The position numbers were made by a program, and so were the translations under genes. 64,000 bases of DNA from Pristiophorus japonicus (lineage: Eukaryota), in assembly GCF_044704955.1 (NCBI RefSeq), contig NC_091978.1, positions 208,382,001 through 208,446,000 on the forward strand. Reading direction: 5' to 3'. Positions 47,981 to 60,559 of the stretch are shown here, one piece after another; position 1 is the stretch's first letter; each line of letters begins with the position of its first letter. A model generated the notes under the pieces. The model worked only from the letters and a program-made list of their open reading frames with translations, made no database searches and was not told the DNA's origin.

Positions 47981-48693
47981 TTACTACTTTAAAGGCGCTA
48001 TACAAATGCAAATTGTTGTTGTTATTAGCTCAATGCTGTTTGCAAGACCTTGCTGTACCACATTGCCTACTGTGATTTCCTATATCACAACAGTGACTAT
48101 ACTTCAAAAGTATTTCATTGGCTGTAAGGTGCTTTGGGACATCCTGAGGTTATGAATGCAAGTTCTTTCTTTCACATCCCGAGAAAGGTACTGGTGCTCA
48201 ACTTATCCAATGAATTGCAAATCTTTCCCCTTCATTCACAGCTTCTCTATACCAGCGATGATCAGCAAGACAAAGAAAGAAAACTAATTTACATTTATAT
48301 AGTGCCCATACAAGTTCTCAGAATCAGCAAAGTAAACAAGATTAATAGCCAGTTAAACTGTTTTGGTGGTGTTAATTGAGGGAGGAACATTGGCCAGGAC
48401 AGTGGGAGAGCCCCCTACACTGTTTTTTCACGGAAGACATGAAAAACCTCCTGGAAATCGTAGAGTTCCAAGGATCTAGCGAGAATGAGGAACCGAAAGA
48501 ATTTGTATTAGTAAAAAAATAGTACTGGAGAAATTAATGGGATTGAAAGACGATAAATCCCTTGGACCTGATGGCCTACATCCTAGGGTTTTGAAAGAGG
48601 TGGCTATAAATGCATGCATTGGTTGTCATCTTCCAAAATTCCACAGATTCTAGAACGGATCCCACAGATTGGAGGATAGCTAATGTAACCCTA

Positions 48694-49070
48694 GTGCAGT
48701 GTCAAGAATCCAGAACCCTCAGGACAGAGGCTGTTCTGGATTCCAGGCTTTCAATCTTCTTCCTGACGTCACTAATCCAGAAACACCCAAGCCCAGGTTT
48801 GGGTATTTCTGGATTCCAGAACATCAGACGGGGGGGGGGGGGGTCCCCGCCGAAGAGGTGGTGCTGTTTGGACGGGCCCCGCTGCGGTGGTGCTGTTCGG
48901 ACGGGCTGGCGAGGAGGCCCCGAGGCAAGGGCAGCAGTGGCGAGTGGGGTGAGGCGAGGTCCAACAGCAGCGGGACCCCGAGGTCGGCGGATTCCGGAAC
49001 ATTTTACAGATTCCAGACAACCCTGCCACCAATCGGTCTGGAACATTCCGGATTTTCAACGCTGCACCTG
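48694..49070. mobile_element. Tc1/mariner-pogo-type MITE related to 29631-29980
   Basis: TA|(cag)GTGCAGTGTCAAGAATCC...GGATTTTCAACGCTGCACCTG|TA, interrupting a CR1 at ANVTP|LFKK. Confidence 0.75.
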
Positions 49071-50084
49071 TATTTAAGAAAGGAGGGAGAGAGAAAATGG
49101 GGAACTACAGACCAGTCAGCCTGTCATCAGTAGTAGGGAAAATGCTAGAATCTATTATTAAGGACGTGGTAACAGGGCACTTAGAAAATAATAATAGGAT
49201 TGGGCAGAATCAACACTGATTTATGAACGGGAAATCATGTTTGACAAATCTGTTTTTTTGAGGTTGTAACTAGCAGAATATATAAGGAGGGACCAGTGGA
49301 TGTGGTGTATTTGGTTTTTCAAAAGGCATTCAATAAGGTGCCACACAAGAGGTTATTGAACTAAATTGGGGCTCATGGGATTGGGGGTGGATGGAAGATT
49401 GGTTAACAGATCAAAGAGAGAGTAGGAATAAACGGGTCATTTTCAGGTTGGCGGGCTGTAACTAGTGGGTGACACAGGGATCCGTGCTTGGGCCCCAGCT
49501 ATTCACAATCTGTATCAATGATTTAGATGAGGGGACCAAATATAATATATCCAAGTTTGCTGATAATACCAAGCTAGGTGGGAAGGCAAGTTGTGAGAGG
49601 GATGCAAAGAGGCTTCAAAGGGATATAGACAGGCTAAGTGATTGGGCAAGAACATGGCAAATGGAATATAATGTGAAGAAATGTGAAGTTATCTACTTTG
49701 GTAAGAAAAATAGAAAAGTAGAGTTTTTTTTTAAATGGAGAGAGATTGGGAAATGTTGCTGTTCAGAGGGACCTGGGTCTCCTTGTACACGAATCACTGA
49801 AAGTTAACATGCAGGTACAGCAAGCAATTAAGAAAGGTATTTTGGGCTTTATTACAAGAGGATTTGAGGATAGAATAAAGACACCTTACTGCAATTATAT
49901 AGTGCCCTGGTGAGACCGCACTTGGAGTATTATGTACAGTTTTGGTCTCCTTACCCAAGGAAGGATATACTTGCCATTGAGGGAGTGCAACGAAGGTTCA
50001 CCAGATGGATTCCTGGGATTGGGGGGGGGGGATTGTCCTATGAGGAGAGAATGAGTAGACTAGGCCTATATTCTCTAGAGTTTA

Positions 50085-50633
50085 TAGAATGGTAGAATGG
50101 TTACGGCACAGAAGGAGGCCTTTCGGCCCATCGAGTCAGTGCTGGCTGTCTGCAAGAGCACCTTAAGCTAGTCCCACTCGCCCGCCCTTTCACCGTAGAA
50201 CTGCAATAAAAAATATTTTCCTCATGTCGTCTTTGGTTCCTTAGCCAATCACCTTGAATCTGTGTCCTCTGGTTCTCGACCCTTCCACCAATGGGAACAG
50301 TTTCTCTCTATCTACTCTGTCTCGACCCCTCATGATTTTAAACACCTCTATCAAATCTCACATCCTTCTCTGCTCGAAGGAGAACAACCCCAACTTCTCC
50401 AGTCTATCCACATAACTGAATTCCCTCATCCCTGGAAACATTCTGTAAATCGTTCCTGCATCCTCTGTCAAACAACTGTCAAATAAATCAGTTTTGTTTC
50501 CTATATACAGTGAGTCGATTGCTTGATGTCACCAAGAGGAAACTAATTGACGTCCTGTTATCGACTGTTCCATTTTTGAGCCTTTTCACCTTTGTTAAAG
50601 AAAAACTTGTATCACGATCCCAGGACGATTCTC
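50085..50633 (-). mobile_element. CR1 3' end (50085-~50466) fused to ~165 bp of non-CR1 sequence; putative TSD AGTTTA/AGTTAA
   Basis: The host CR1 sequence CTCTAGAGTTTA|..|AGTTAAGAAGAATGAAAGGTGATC is continuous across the insert. Confidence 0.65.
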
Positions 50634-51032
50634 AGTTAAGAAGAATGAAAGGTGATCTCATTGAAACGTACACAATTCTTACAGGGTTCGACAGGGTAGC
50701 TGCAGGGAAGAAGATTCTTCTGGATGAGGAGTCTAGAACCAGGGGTCACAGTCTCAGAATAAGGGAAACAAAAGCAAAATACTGCAGAATAAGGGGTTGG
50801 CCATTTAGGACTGAGTCGAGAAGAAACCACTCAGAGGGTGGTGAATCTTTGGAATTCTCTACCCCAGCGGGCTGTGGAGGCTCAGTCTTTGAGTATATTC
50901 AAGACAGAAATTGATAGATTTTTTGGATATTAAGGGAATCGAGGGATATGGGGATAGAGCAGGAAAGTGGAGTTGAGGTGGAAGATCAGCCATGATCTCA
51001 CTGAATGGCGGAACAGGCGCGAGGGGCCGAAT

Positions 51033-53338
51033 GTGAGAGGTGATTTAGCCATAGTGGACTGGAAACAGCTACTTGAAGGTAAATCAATGTCAGAGCAGTG
51101 TCAGGCATCCAAGGAGGAGATCCGCAGGGTTCAGGCCAAATATGTACCCTTAAAGAAAAAGAGTACTCAGGTAACTGATGAACTCACTTTAAATGGTGGA
51201 AGATGCCCGTGCGTGAATTCTTTCAACATGGGGTGGCCATTGCACATCAGCCACCACATCAGCTTGACGGAGCAAGATCTTGGTCCAGTGGCAAGACAAT
51301 TGGAGACCAGGCTCCGCCAGATGTGCCAATACATACACACAAACTCATACTCCTACTGTCCTCCTTCCCACAGGACCACTCTCTACTTGGAATTCATAGT
51401 GCGCAATGTGAACCTCTCAGCCTCGCTATTGGCCTGTGCTGCACCTTCCCTTGGTCTTGTCCACACTGCTCCACCTCTGGGCTCCGACATCTCTGCTCCT
51501 CCGTGCCTCGTCCATCCTCTCCGCTCCATGCCGCTCCCGACCTCCGCTCTACGCCACTCCCGACCACCGCGTTGTTGATTCATGAGGGAGAGAATATTCA
51601 TTCATAGAGACCATGAGGGTAATGTGAGCGTGGAGGCGGAAGATGTGGGTATAGTTCTTAATGAATACTTTGCGGCTATTTTCACAAGAGGGGGCGATGC
51701 AGACACTGTTTTAGAGAAGTGTGAAATATTAGATGAATAAACATACTGCGGGAGGAGATATTAAGGGGTTTAGCAGCTTTGAAAGTGGATAAGTCCCCAG
51801 GCCCGGATGAAATGTATCCCAGGCTGTTAAGCAAAGCAAAAGATGAAATAGCAGAGGCTTTGACCATCATTTTCCAATCCTCTCTGGCTTCAGGTGTTGT
51901 GCCAGAGGACTGGAGGACTGCTAATGTGGTACCTTTGTTTAAGAAGGGAGAAAGGGATAGACAAAGTAATTACAGGCCAGTCAGCCTAATCGCAGTTGTG
52001 GGAAGGTTATTGGAAAAAAATCCTGAAGGACAGGATAAATCTACATTTAGAAAGACACAGGTTAATCAGGGACAGTCAGCACGGATTTGTTAAGGGAAGG
52101 TCGTGTCTGACCAATTTGATTGAATTTTTCTAGGAGGTAACCAGGAGGGTATATGAGGGCAGTGATTATGATGTAGTGTATATGGTTTTTAGCAAAGCTT
52201 TTGATAAGGTCCCACATGGCAGACTGGTCATGAAAGTAAAAGCCCATGGGATCCAGGGCAAAGTGGCAAGTTGGATACAAAATTGGCTCAGAGGCAGGAC
52301 GCAAAGGGTAATGGTTGATGGGTGTTTTTGTGACTGGAAGGATGTTTCAAGTGGGGTTCCACAGGGCTCAGTGCTAGGTCCTTTGCTTTTTGTGGTATAC
52401 ATCAATGATCTAGACTTGACTATAAGGTGTATGATTAAAAAGTTTGGAGATGATACAAACATAGGCTGTGTGGTTGATAATGAAGAAGAAAGCTGCGGAC
52501 TGCAGGAAGATATCAATCAACTGGTCAGGTGGGCAGAACAGTGGCAAATGGAATTTAATTCAGAGAAGTGTGAGATAATGCATTTGGGGAGGGCCAACAA
52601 GGAAAGGGAATACACATTAAATGGTAGAACATTGAGAAGTGTAGAGGAACAAAGGGACCTGGGAGTGCATATCCCTGAAGGTAGCAAGCCAGGTATTTAA
52701 GGTGGTTAAGAAGGCATATGGAATGCTTGCCTATATTAGCCGAGGCATAGAATACAAGAGGTGGTGTGTTATGCTTGAACTGTATGAAACACTGGTTAGG
52801 TCACAGCTGGATTACTGTGTGCAGTTCTGGTCACCTCATTACAGGAAGGACGTGATTGCACTGGAGAGGGTACAGAGGAGATTTACTAGGATATTGCTGG
52901 GAGTGGAGAATCTTAGCTATGAGGACAGATTGGATAGGCTGGGTTTGTTTTCTTTGGAACAGAAGAGGCTGAGAGGAGACCTCATTGAGGTGTATAAAAT
53001 TATGAGAGGCCTAGATAGAGTGGATAGAAAGGGCCTATTTCCCTTAGCAGAGGGGTCAAAAACCAGGGGGTATTAATTTAAAGTAATTGGTAGAAGGTTT
53101 AGAGGGGATTTGAGGGGAAATTTCTTCACGCAGAGGGTTTTGGGGGTCTGGAACTCACTGCCTGAAAGGGTGGTAGAGGCAGAAACCCTGGATGTGCACT
53201 TGAAGTGCCGTAACCTGCAGCGTTACGGACCTCGAGCTGGAAAGTGGGATTAGGTTGGATAGCCTCTTGTTGGCTGGCACGGACACAATGGGCTGAAATG
53301 GCCTCCTTCCGTGCTGTAAACTTCTATGATTCTATGAA
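51033..53338 (+). mobile_element. CR1 LINE ORF2 (second subfamily), with an unclassified repeat insert at ~51163-51575
   Basis: KSPGPDEMYPRLL, VPEDWRTANVVPLFKKG, FSKAFDKVPH, SGVPQGSVLGP, FGDDTNI; TTCTATGA tail. Confidence 0.9.
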
Positions 53339-55109
53339 TGGCTTACTCCTGGTCCTAATTCTTATATGCTTATGTTCGCTTGTATTTCTGATCCATTGAA
53401 CAGGCATATGAGGACCTCAGTTTAAGATCTCATCCAAAAGGCAGCTGAAGTCCTGGAGTGGAACTTGACAAAAGGAAAGTTCTCCACATTGCTCCCAGCT
53501 TCCACCCAATAGTTGGCACAGAGATACTGGTTTTATTACCATGTCGCACAAGGGGGAATGTGTTGAGAATCAACATTACTTTTCTCGGTACAGAAAAGTC
53601 TGTACCGTAACACCACTCACACCAGCTTTGGAACTGCACATGAGCTTCTAATACACCTGAGGAAGTAAGCCCCACTATACTCCAGCTGCTGAAATGCCTG
53701 AGTATGTTTGGTCAGATTTAAAAGATCTTGAAAAGCAGCAATCTTTCCATAGCCAACAAAGGCACTCACTGCATTAAAACCAACAAATGATGCATAACAA
53801 CTAGAATGGTGTAAATGTGTGCCGCCTTTAGCTCGGCATCTGTTTTTCTACATTAAAGGTGCTGCATAAATGCAAGTTTTTGTTGCCTCTGTTATGTCGA
53901 CAACCTTTCCGCTGCCAGTATATTTTATGCTACTTCTTGGGACATATTTACGAGGGAATCGTGGCATTGAAAAGCATAGTACAATAGAAAGAAGCCTGTG
54001 TCTTCAGACACAATTACAATTGTTTCACAGCTAAATCGGGATGCGTGCAATACATGGAAGATTCAAGTAGCTGCTTCTCCGTGTGTGCTTCAGGTTCATC
54101 ACTTCCCCAGTGCAGCTTTCAGTGACTTTGTTACAGGCATCCATCACCACAGCCAACAAATCAAATATTCCCACTGAGCTTTCCACTGTATTAGTGCTTC
54201 AACTCTCCAAGCAAAACTCTGAAGACACTTTCTTTATTACATGGGTTCACTAGGAATTTTCTAAATTGTTGAACTTTGTGATATGGAGCGAGGTTCTTCA
54301 ATTGTGTGCCTAGTTCCAATCCTCTCTCACATTTCTCTGTGCTCTGGATAGCTGTATTTCTTTAGACAAACATTAATCCATTCATGCTTAATTATTCATT
54401 CAGGACAAACCTGCTAGATCAGCATATCCTCTGTGGTCTCCTATATAATTCTGTACAAAGCTCATGCTATTGATTATACAGAAGATGGCTCTGGGGAGGG
54501 GTGGGAGCTTCTAATGACTAGGCTTTAATATTCCTACTGGAAAGCAGGGAGGAGGGGAGCAATTTTCTTGCTTGCATGTTGGTTCTCCATATTGGGAGAG
54601 GGAGAGTGAAGGAGAACCACAACTACAACTTCTACAATAACTGGAAGAAAATAACATATACTTAGAAGGAGAGACTATTAGCAACCAAAGATCAACATAA
54701 GATGGGTGCTGGTGCACTTGTTCTTCAAGATTATTACCTATAGGTGTGGGGAGGAAAGAAGATAAAAGCTGAACAATCATGAGGGTGTGGTGTGTTCTTT
54801 CAAAATCAACTAGGCCGCACAAACTTATAAACACCGACCCCCCATTGCTGGGCCCAGGACAGTGGAGCTGCCTGGGTAAAAGTTTTCTTTCTATTCCCAT
54901 TAACAAGACTTGGTGGAGGACTGTGCTTGGGCATATCCAGCTGTCCCAGGTGAAGACATCTCCTCCCCCGACCAGGAAGATCCGAAAGACTTATATTTAA
55001 CAACTAGAAAGTGCATCCCTGCAGCATACCCTCTCACCCATCAAGCCCCGTTTTAAGTGTTAATCCCACTATTGCAGACTCCCTCCTTTTGTTGCCCAGA
55101 TCCGACTTT

Positions 55110-56825
55110 TGTACACCACTGTTGTGTGTCTGATTAAGGTTATTGGCAGTGTCCTTTTGTTTCAGGAAAGGGGTGCGTCAGTGATGCCCCATATCCGGCC
55201 AGTAATATGCCATTTGCATGGAGCCTTTGCTGCGCCTTTTGCGGAAGAGGTTTACAGGACTGGCTCTGCAAGGGCCGAGCGTGGTGGCCGTCTTCCTGGC
55301 TTATGTGATGACGTGCTCCTCATGGTCATGGATCCCATTGACTTACGGCAGATGCGCGAGTGCCAGCAGGTCTACTCCGCTGTGTCCTCTGCATGAGTCA
55401 ACTGGGAGAAATGTTCCGGACTCCTGGTGGATCAATGGCGAGTGGACTCCCTGTTGGAGGACCTCAAACCTTTTGCCTGGAGTACCATTCATCTCCTCTA
55501 CCTGCCGAGGAAGCTTGGCTGGTGAACTGGCAAAAGCTAGCGGCCGAAATCACCGCTCACCGAGGGCGCTGGTCATAAATCAATTGCTGATGTTTATACT
55601 GTGGTACCGGTTGGTCACTTTGATCCCACCCCATGTTTGTAGCCAAGATACAGAAGAAGCTTGTTGACTTCTTCTGGGACAAAAAGAAGCATTAGATCTC
55701 TGCCATGATTCTGAGTCTCCCACTTGGGGAGGGTGGTCAGACGCTGGTGTACGTGCTGCAACTTTCTGTCTTCAGACCCCACAGAAATACCTGTACGTTG
55801 AGGATCCTCTCAGATTGTGTACGATGGTGACATATTTCTTCTGCCAGCTGCACGGCCTCAATTACGACATGCAGCTCCTGTTTATAAAACTGGGGTGTAG
55901 CCATCCCTATTTGCAGGAGCTGCCCGTCTTTTACCAGGAAGTGAAACACGTTCGCCTCCAGCTGGAGTTCTCCTCCGTCAGAAGTGACGGCTATCCTCCA
56001 GGAGCCGCTGCTCAGGAATCCACACCTCCACGACCACGGTTTCAAGTGGCTGATGGAGGAGAGGGCCCTGGCTGCCAAGGTGGCCAGAATCAGGGATATA
56101 CTGGATGGTGGAGGAGTGGGCTGGATGTCGCCAGAGGAGCTGGTATAGCGCATGGTCCGGGCCAAAGCCACTGAGACGCTAAAAGAGGCACTTGGCTCGG
56201 ACTCCACTAGGTGTGTTGAGGGATCCCGTCTGATCCCAGACGGAATTTCTCATTGGCGCCAGGCCCCAAACCTTCCCTCTGGAGCCGGCGACTGACAGCT
56301 TCAGCCTTCTCTCAGAGATCCCTTCCATGCCTTTCCACTCTGCACGGTGGGGTTTCCTGCACGAGTTGCTCTTGTACCCCCTTCACTTTGTCTTCTCATC
56401 TGCCGTCCAGACACCACCTTGCCATCTGGAGGAGGCAGGGGTCCCCAGTGGAGGGCTCGCTACACAGGAGTCCACCCCTGTTCTTTTGGGGACTTGGAAT
56501 GGGGGCTGTTGCACAGAGCAGTCCCATACAACACATTTTTTAAGTAGGTTCACGGACTCCCAGACTGTCTGCAATTTCTGCAGCCTGGAGGAGTCTGTGT
56601 TCCATGAATACAGAATGAGAAGTTGCAGCCCCTCTTCCAATCTTTGAAGGGGCCGCTCCTCAATTTTTGGTTGCACTTCAGTTCCAAGCTCTTGATCCTT
56701 AGGCACTCGGTGCTTGCCACCCTGCCGTGTTCATGCCCGGGTGTCCCTGGAGATGGAGGCCTTGAGGCTTTAACGCGACCAGTGGGCACCAGAGGGACTA
56801 AAGCGCTTCATCACCCCCGGGACAT
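55110..56825 (+). mobile_element. Tx1-like LINE ORF2 fragment
   Basis: FRKGVRQ.CPISGQ.Y..EP, LAY.DDVLL, RALVINQLL..LWYRLVTL.PP, GDLEWGLLHRAVP, CNFCSLEESVFH. Confidence 0.78.
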
Positions 56826-58155
56826 CGAGATAGGAATAGTGCAATCAAGCAGACGCAACATGGATTCATGAAGGGGAAATCATGTTTAACTAATTTACTG
56901 GAATTCTTTGATAGAACGAGCATGGTGGATAGAGGTGTATCGATGGATGTGGTGTATTTAGATTTCCAAAAGGCATTCGATAAGGTGCCACACAAAAGGT
57001 TACTGCAGAAGATAAAGGTATGCGGAGTCAGAGGAAATGTATTAGCATGGATAGAGAATTGGCTGGCTAACAGAAAGCAGAGAGTCGGGATAAATGGGTC
57101 CTTTTTGGGTTGGAAATCGGTGGTTAGTGGTGTGCCACAGGGATCGGTGCTAGGACCACAACTGTTTACAATATACATAGATGACCTGAAAGAGGGGACG
57201 GAGTGTAGTGTAACAAAATTTGCAGATGACACAAAGATTAGTGGAAAAGCGGGTTGTGTAGAGGACATAGAGAGGCTGCAAAGAGATTTAGATAGGTTAA
57301 GCGAATGGGCTAAGGTTTGGCAGATGGAATACAATGTCGGAAAATGTGAGGTCATCCACCTTGGGAAAAAAAAACAGTAAAAGGGAATATTATTTGAATA
57401 GGGAGAAATTATAACGTGCTGCGGTGCAGAGTGACCTGGGGGTCCTTGTGCATGAATCCCAAAAAGTTAGTTTGCAGGTGCAGCAGGTAATCAGGAAGGT
57501 GAATGGAACGTTGGCCTTCATTGTGAGAGGGATGGAGTACAAAAGCAGGGAGGTCCTGCTGCAATTGTATAGGGTATTGGTGAGGCCGCACCTGGAGTAC
57601 TGCGTGCAGTTTTGGTCACCTTACTTAAGGAAGGATATACTAGCTTTGGAGGGGGTACAGAGACGATTCACTAGGCTGATTCCGGAGATGAGGGGGTTAC
57701 CTTATGATGATAGATTGAGTAGACTGGGTCTTTACTCGTTGGAGTTCAGAAGGATGAGGGGTGATCTTATAGAAACATTTAAAATAATGAAAGGGATAGA
57801 CAAGATAGAGGCAGAGAGGTTGTTTCCACTGGTCGGGGAGACTAGAACTAGGGGGCACAGCCTCAAAATACGGGGAAGTCAATTTAAAACCGAGTTGAGA
57901 AGGAATTTCTTCTTCCAGAGGGTTGTGAATCTGTAGAATTCCCTGCCCAGGGAAGCAGTTGAGGCTAGCTCATTGATTGTATTCAAATCACAGATAGATA
58001 GATTTTTAACCAATAAGGGAATTAAGGGTTATGGGGAGCGGGCAGGTAAGTGGAGCTGAGTCCACGGCCAGATCAGCCATGATCTTGTTGAGTGGCGAAG
58101 CAGGCTCGAGGGGCTAGATCGCCTACTCCTGTTCCTAATTCTTATGTTCTTATGA
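56826..58155 (+). mobile_element. Young CR1 3' part
   Basis: ORFs 56868-57380 and 57424-57936; tail TTCTTATGTTCTTATG at ~58140-58154. Confidence 0.93.
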
Positions 58156-58291
58156 AACAAAATTCTGATTTGATTTGTTAAGTTTCATTTAAATTCAGTT
58201 TAAGTTGCGTGGCCGTGCAACTTACAAGGAACATTGCTTGCAACAACTATTTGAAGAGATTTTATTTACTTAAAAGTGGAGTAGGCCATAC

Positions 58292-58418
58292 CTTTCACAT
58301 TTTCATTTGTTCTTTCTGTTGTGGTGTCGCATCTACTCTTCTCATTTTCTCCCGATCCTCCATTTAAGTGAATCCTAATTTTCTCAATGACTCGCTGATT
58401 TACTTTGTTTTTCATTTC
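58292..58418 (-). CDS. NCAPG: NCAPG coding exon
   Basis: tattatag|GAA...AAAG|gtatgg; EMKNKVNQRVIEKIRIHL... (cf. human QVKDRTCLRALEKIKIQL); 127 nt, phase 0 to 1. Confidence 0.88.
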
Positions 58419-58434
58419 CTATAATAGAGAGATC

Positions 58435-59362
58435 AGAAGAACATAAGAATTAGGAGCAGAAGTAGGCACTTCAAGGCTGTTCCGTCACATGGCTAATCTT
58501 CGACCTCAACTTCACTTTCCCATCCAATCCTCATATCCCTCGATTCCCCAGGAGCCCAAAAATCAATCTATCTCAACCTTGAATATGATCAATGACTCAG
58601 CATCCACAGCCCTGTGGGGCAGAGAATTCCAAAGATTCAAAACCCTCTGAGTGAAGAAATTCCTCCTCAACTCAGTCTTAAATGGCCGACCCCTTATCCT
58701 GAGAATATGCCCCCTAGTTTTAGACAGCCAGGTCAACAACCTCTCGGCAACTACCCTGTCAACTCCTTCAGAATCTTATGTTTCAATGAGATCATCTCCC
58801 ATTCTTCTAAACTTCGGAGTATAGGCCCAATCTACTCAACCTCTCCTCATAGGACAACCCTCTCATCCCAGGGATCAATCTAGTGAACCTTCATTGCACC
58901 GCCTCCAAGGCAAGCATGTCCTTCCTCAGATAAGGAGGCCAAAACTGTGCACAATACTCCAGGTGTGGTCTCGCCAAAGCCCTGTACAATTGTATTAAGA
59001 CTTCCTAACTCTTGTGCTCCAACCCCCTTGTAATAAAGGCCAACATACCATTTGATTTCCTAATTGTTTGCTGTACCTGCATGCTAACTTCTGTGTTTCC
59101 TGCACAAAGACACCTAAATCTCTGAATACCCAAGATTTAATAGTTTCTCACCATTTAAAAAATACTCATATTTCCCCACATTATACTCCATCTGCCACCT
59201 TATTGCCACTCACTTAACCTGTCTATAATCGCTTTGAAGGTTCTGTGCCCTCCTCACAGCTCACTTTCCTACCAAGCTTTGTTTCGTCAGAAAACTTGGA
59301 TACATTGCACTCAGTTCCTTCATCTAAATCAGTAATATAGATTGAAAATAGCTGCCCCCAAT
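58435..59362 (-). mobile_element. CR1 3' part abutting an NCAPG splice acceptor
   Basis: Plus-strand GAACATAAGAATTAGGAGC tail; reverse-complement RT C-terminal motifs. Confidence 0.88.
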
Positions 59363-60363
59363 ACAATCAGCATAGTCAGCAACATTTAAGATTCCAAATT
59401 CTGAATTTCAAAATATAATTTCAATCCTTTTACATTATTCAAAGATCCTAATTATGAACACAAAATTGTGATTGTAACATATTATCAAAAATAAATAGTC
59501 CATTTAGCAAAATTGAGACCTTTATATACACACACAGCTTTAATGATAACAGCAGTTTTATATTTAGAAGCATTTGTGCTAGAGTTCAGATTATAAAACC
59601 TCTCTATACAACTGCTATGGGAGGCACAATCCATGTTAGGACAGATAATTCTACTAAATATTTTTTAACTTTGGAAATTAGCACAAATACTGAGATCTAA
59701 TAATTGCAGGTTAGTATTACATTGCTAATTATGATCATTGTTGGATGGTTGGTTGGGGGGGGGGGGGGGAAAGGGGAGAAAGAGGAGGGAGTACTTTCAA
59801 GGAAACTTTTACCCTTCCCCGAGAAAGACTTAGGTGGTGGAGGAGAGGGAAAGAGCCAAGACTTAAAAAAATATATAAATATCTTCCCAGAGCAGATACT
59901 TGTAACATAAGCAGGTTTCAAAGCAACCTTGGGAGACTTCGCATTCCTTTAAAGGAGTACCACAAGTAAATAGGTGTGCAATGCCAACAGGGAGAAAGGA
60001 AGGGAACTGATCTGAGCGAGGCTATGAAAGTCAGTGGGGCCAGAGAAAGATCACCAGACATGAAATGTGAAAATTTAAAGGGACATCATCAGAGATTGAT
60101 GTTTTCCTGTAGGAGAAGAAAATTCCTGTTTGCACTTATCAGTTACATGACTAAGAATGGATGGCAATGTCAGTTATTGTCCCTTGTTGACCACTTGGGC
60201 TATTTCTCATACCAAATGAATGAGCAATTTTACTATTTTACACTTCTTTCATTTAGAATAGCGGTCCTTCAAACTCCAAAACAAAGTCAACTAATACCAT
60301 TTCTGATAGACAAACATATCCAGTTCTTTCTGGTATAATCATGCAAAAGGTAACAAACATAAC

Positions 60364-60531
60364 CTTAATGTCATCCAGAAGAGCACACAACTGCTCTGTG
60401 CATGATGACGTTCCTGTAGAAAGTTCAAGCAATCCCAGAGCTTTGACCAAAATCCGAATGTCTGGGGAGTCTAGATCCTTCAATACTTCATTGCAGATCT
60501 TCACAGCCAGATTGTCATGCACTGTAGACAC
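60364..60531 (-). CDS. NCAPG: NCAPG coding exon (end of Cnd3 domain region)
   Basis: tttgtacag|GTG...AAG|gttatg; VSTVHDNLAVKICNEVLKDLDSPDIRILVKALGLLELS (cf. human LTVHDNLAMKICNEIL..SPEIRVYTKALSSLELS); 168 nt, phase 0 to 0. Confidence 0.95.
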
Positions 60532-60559
60532 CTGTACAAACAAAACAACAACATTTTAT

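Larger units (their letters stand above)
45815..48172 (+). mobile_element. Deu-domain SINE split by the MITE and by an L2 (46096-48026)
   Basis: SINE core at 45815-46095 resumes at ~48035 (GCTGTTTG..TTCAAAAGTATTTCATTGGCTGTAA..GCAAGTTCTTTCTTT). The L2 shows TRLDYSNALLA and a (GTT)n tail at ~48016. Confidence 0.7.
48420..51030 (+). mobile_element. CR1 LINE ORF2 with nested MITE and CR1 insertions
   Basis: DWRIANVT|LFKKGGRE..NYRPVSL, QGSVLGPQLF..FADNTKL, RPHLEYYVQFW. Confidence 0.88.

Noticed and set aside
54040-54230. Possible extra NCAPG exon in unique intronic sequence
   Set aside because: There are stops in all three frames after the candidate acceptor, and the flanking exons already join in phase.
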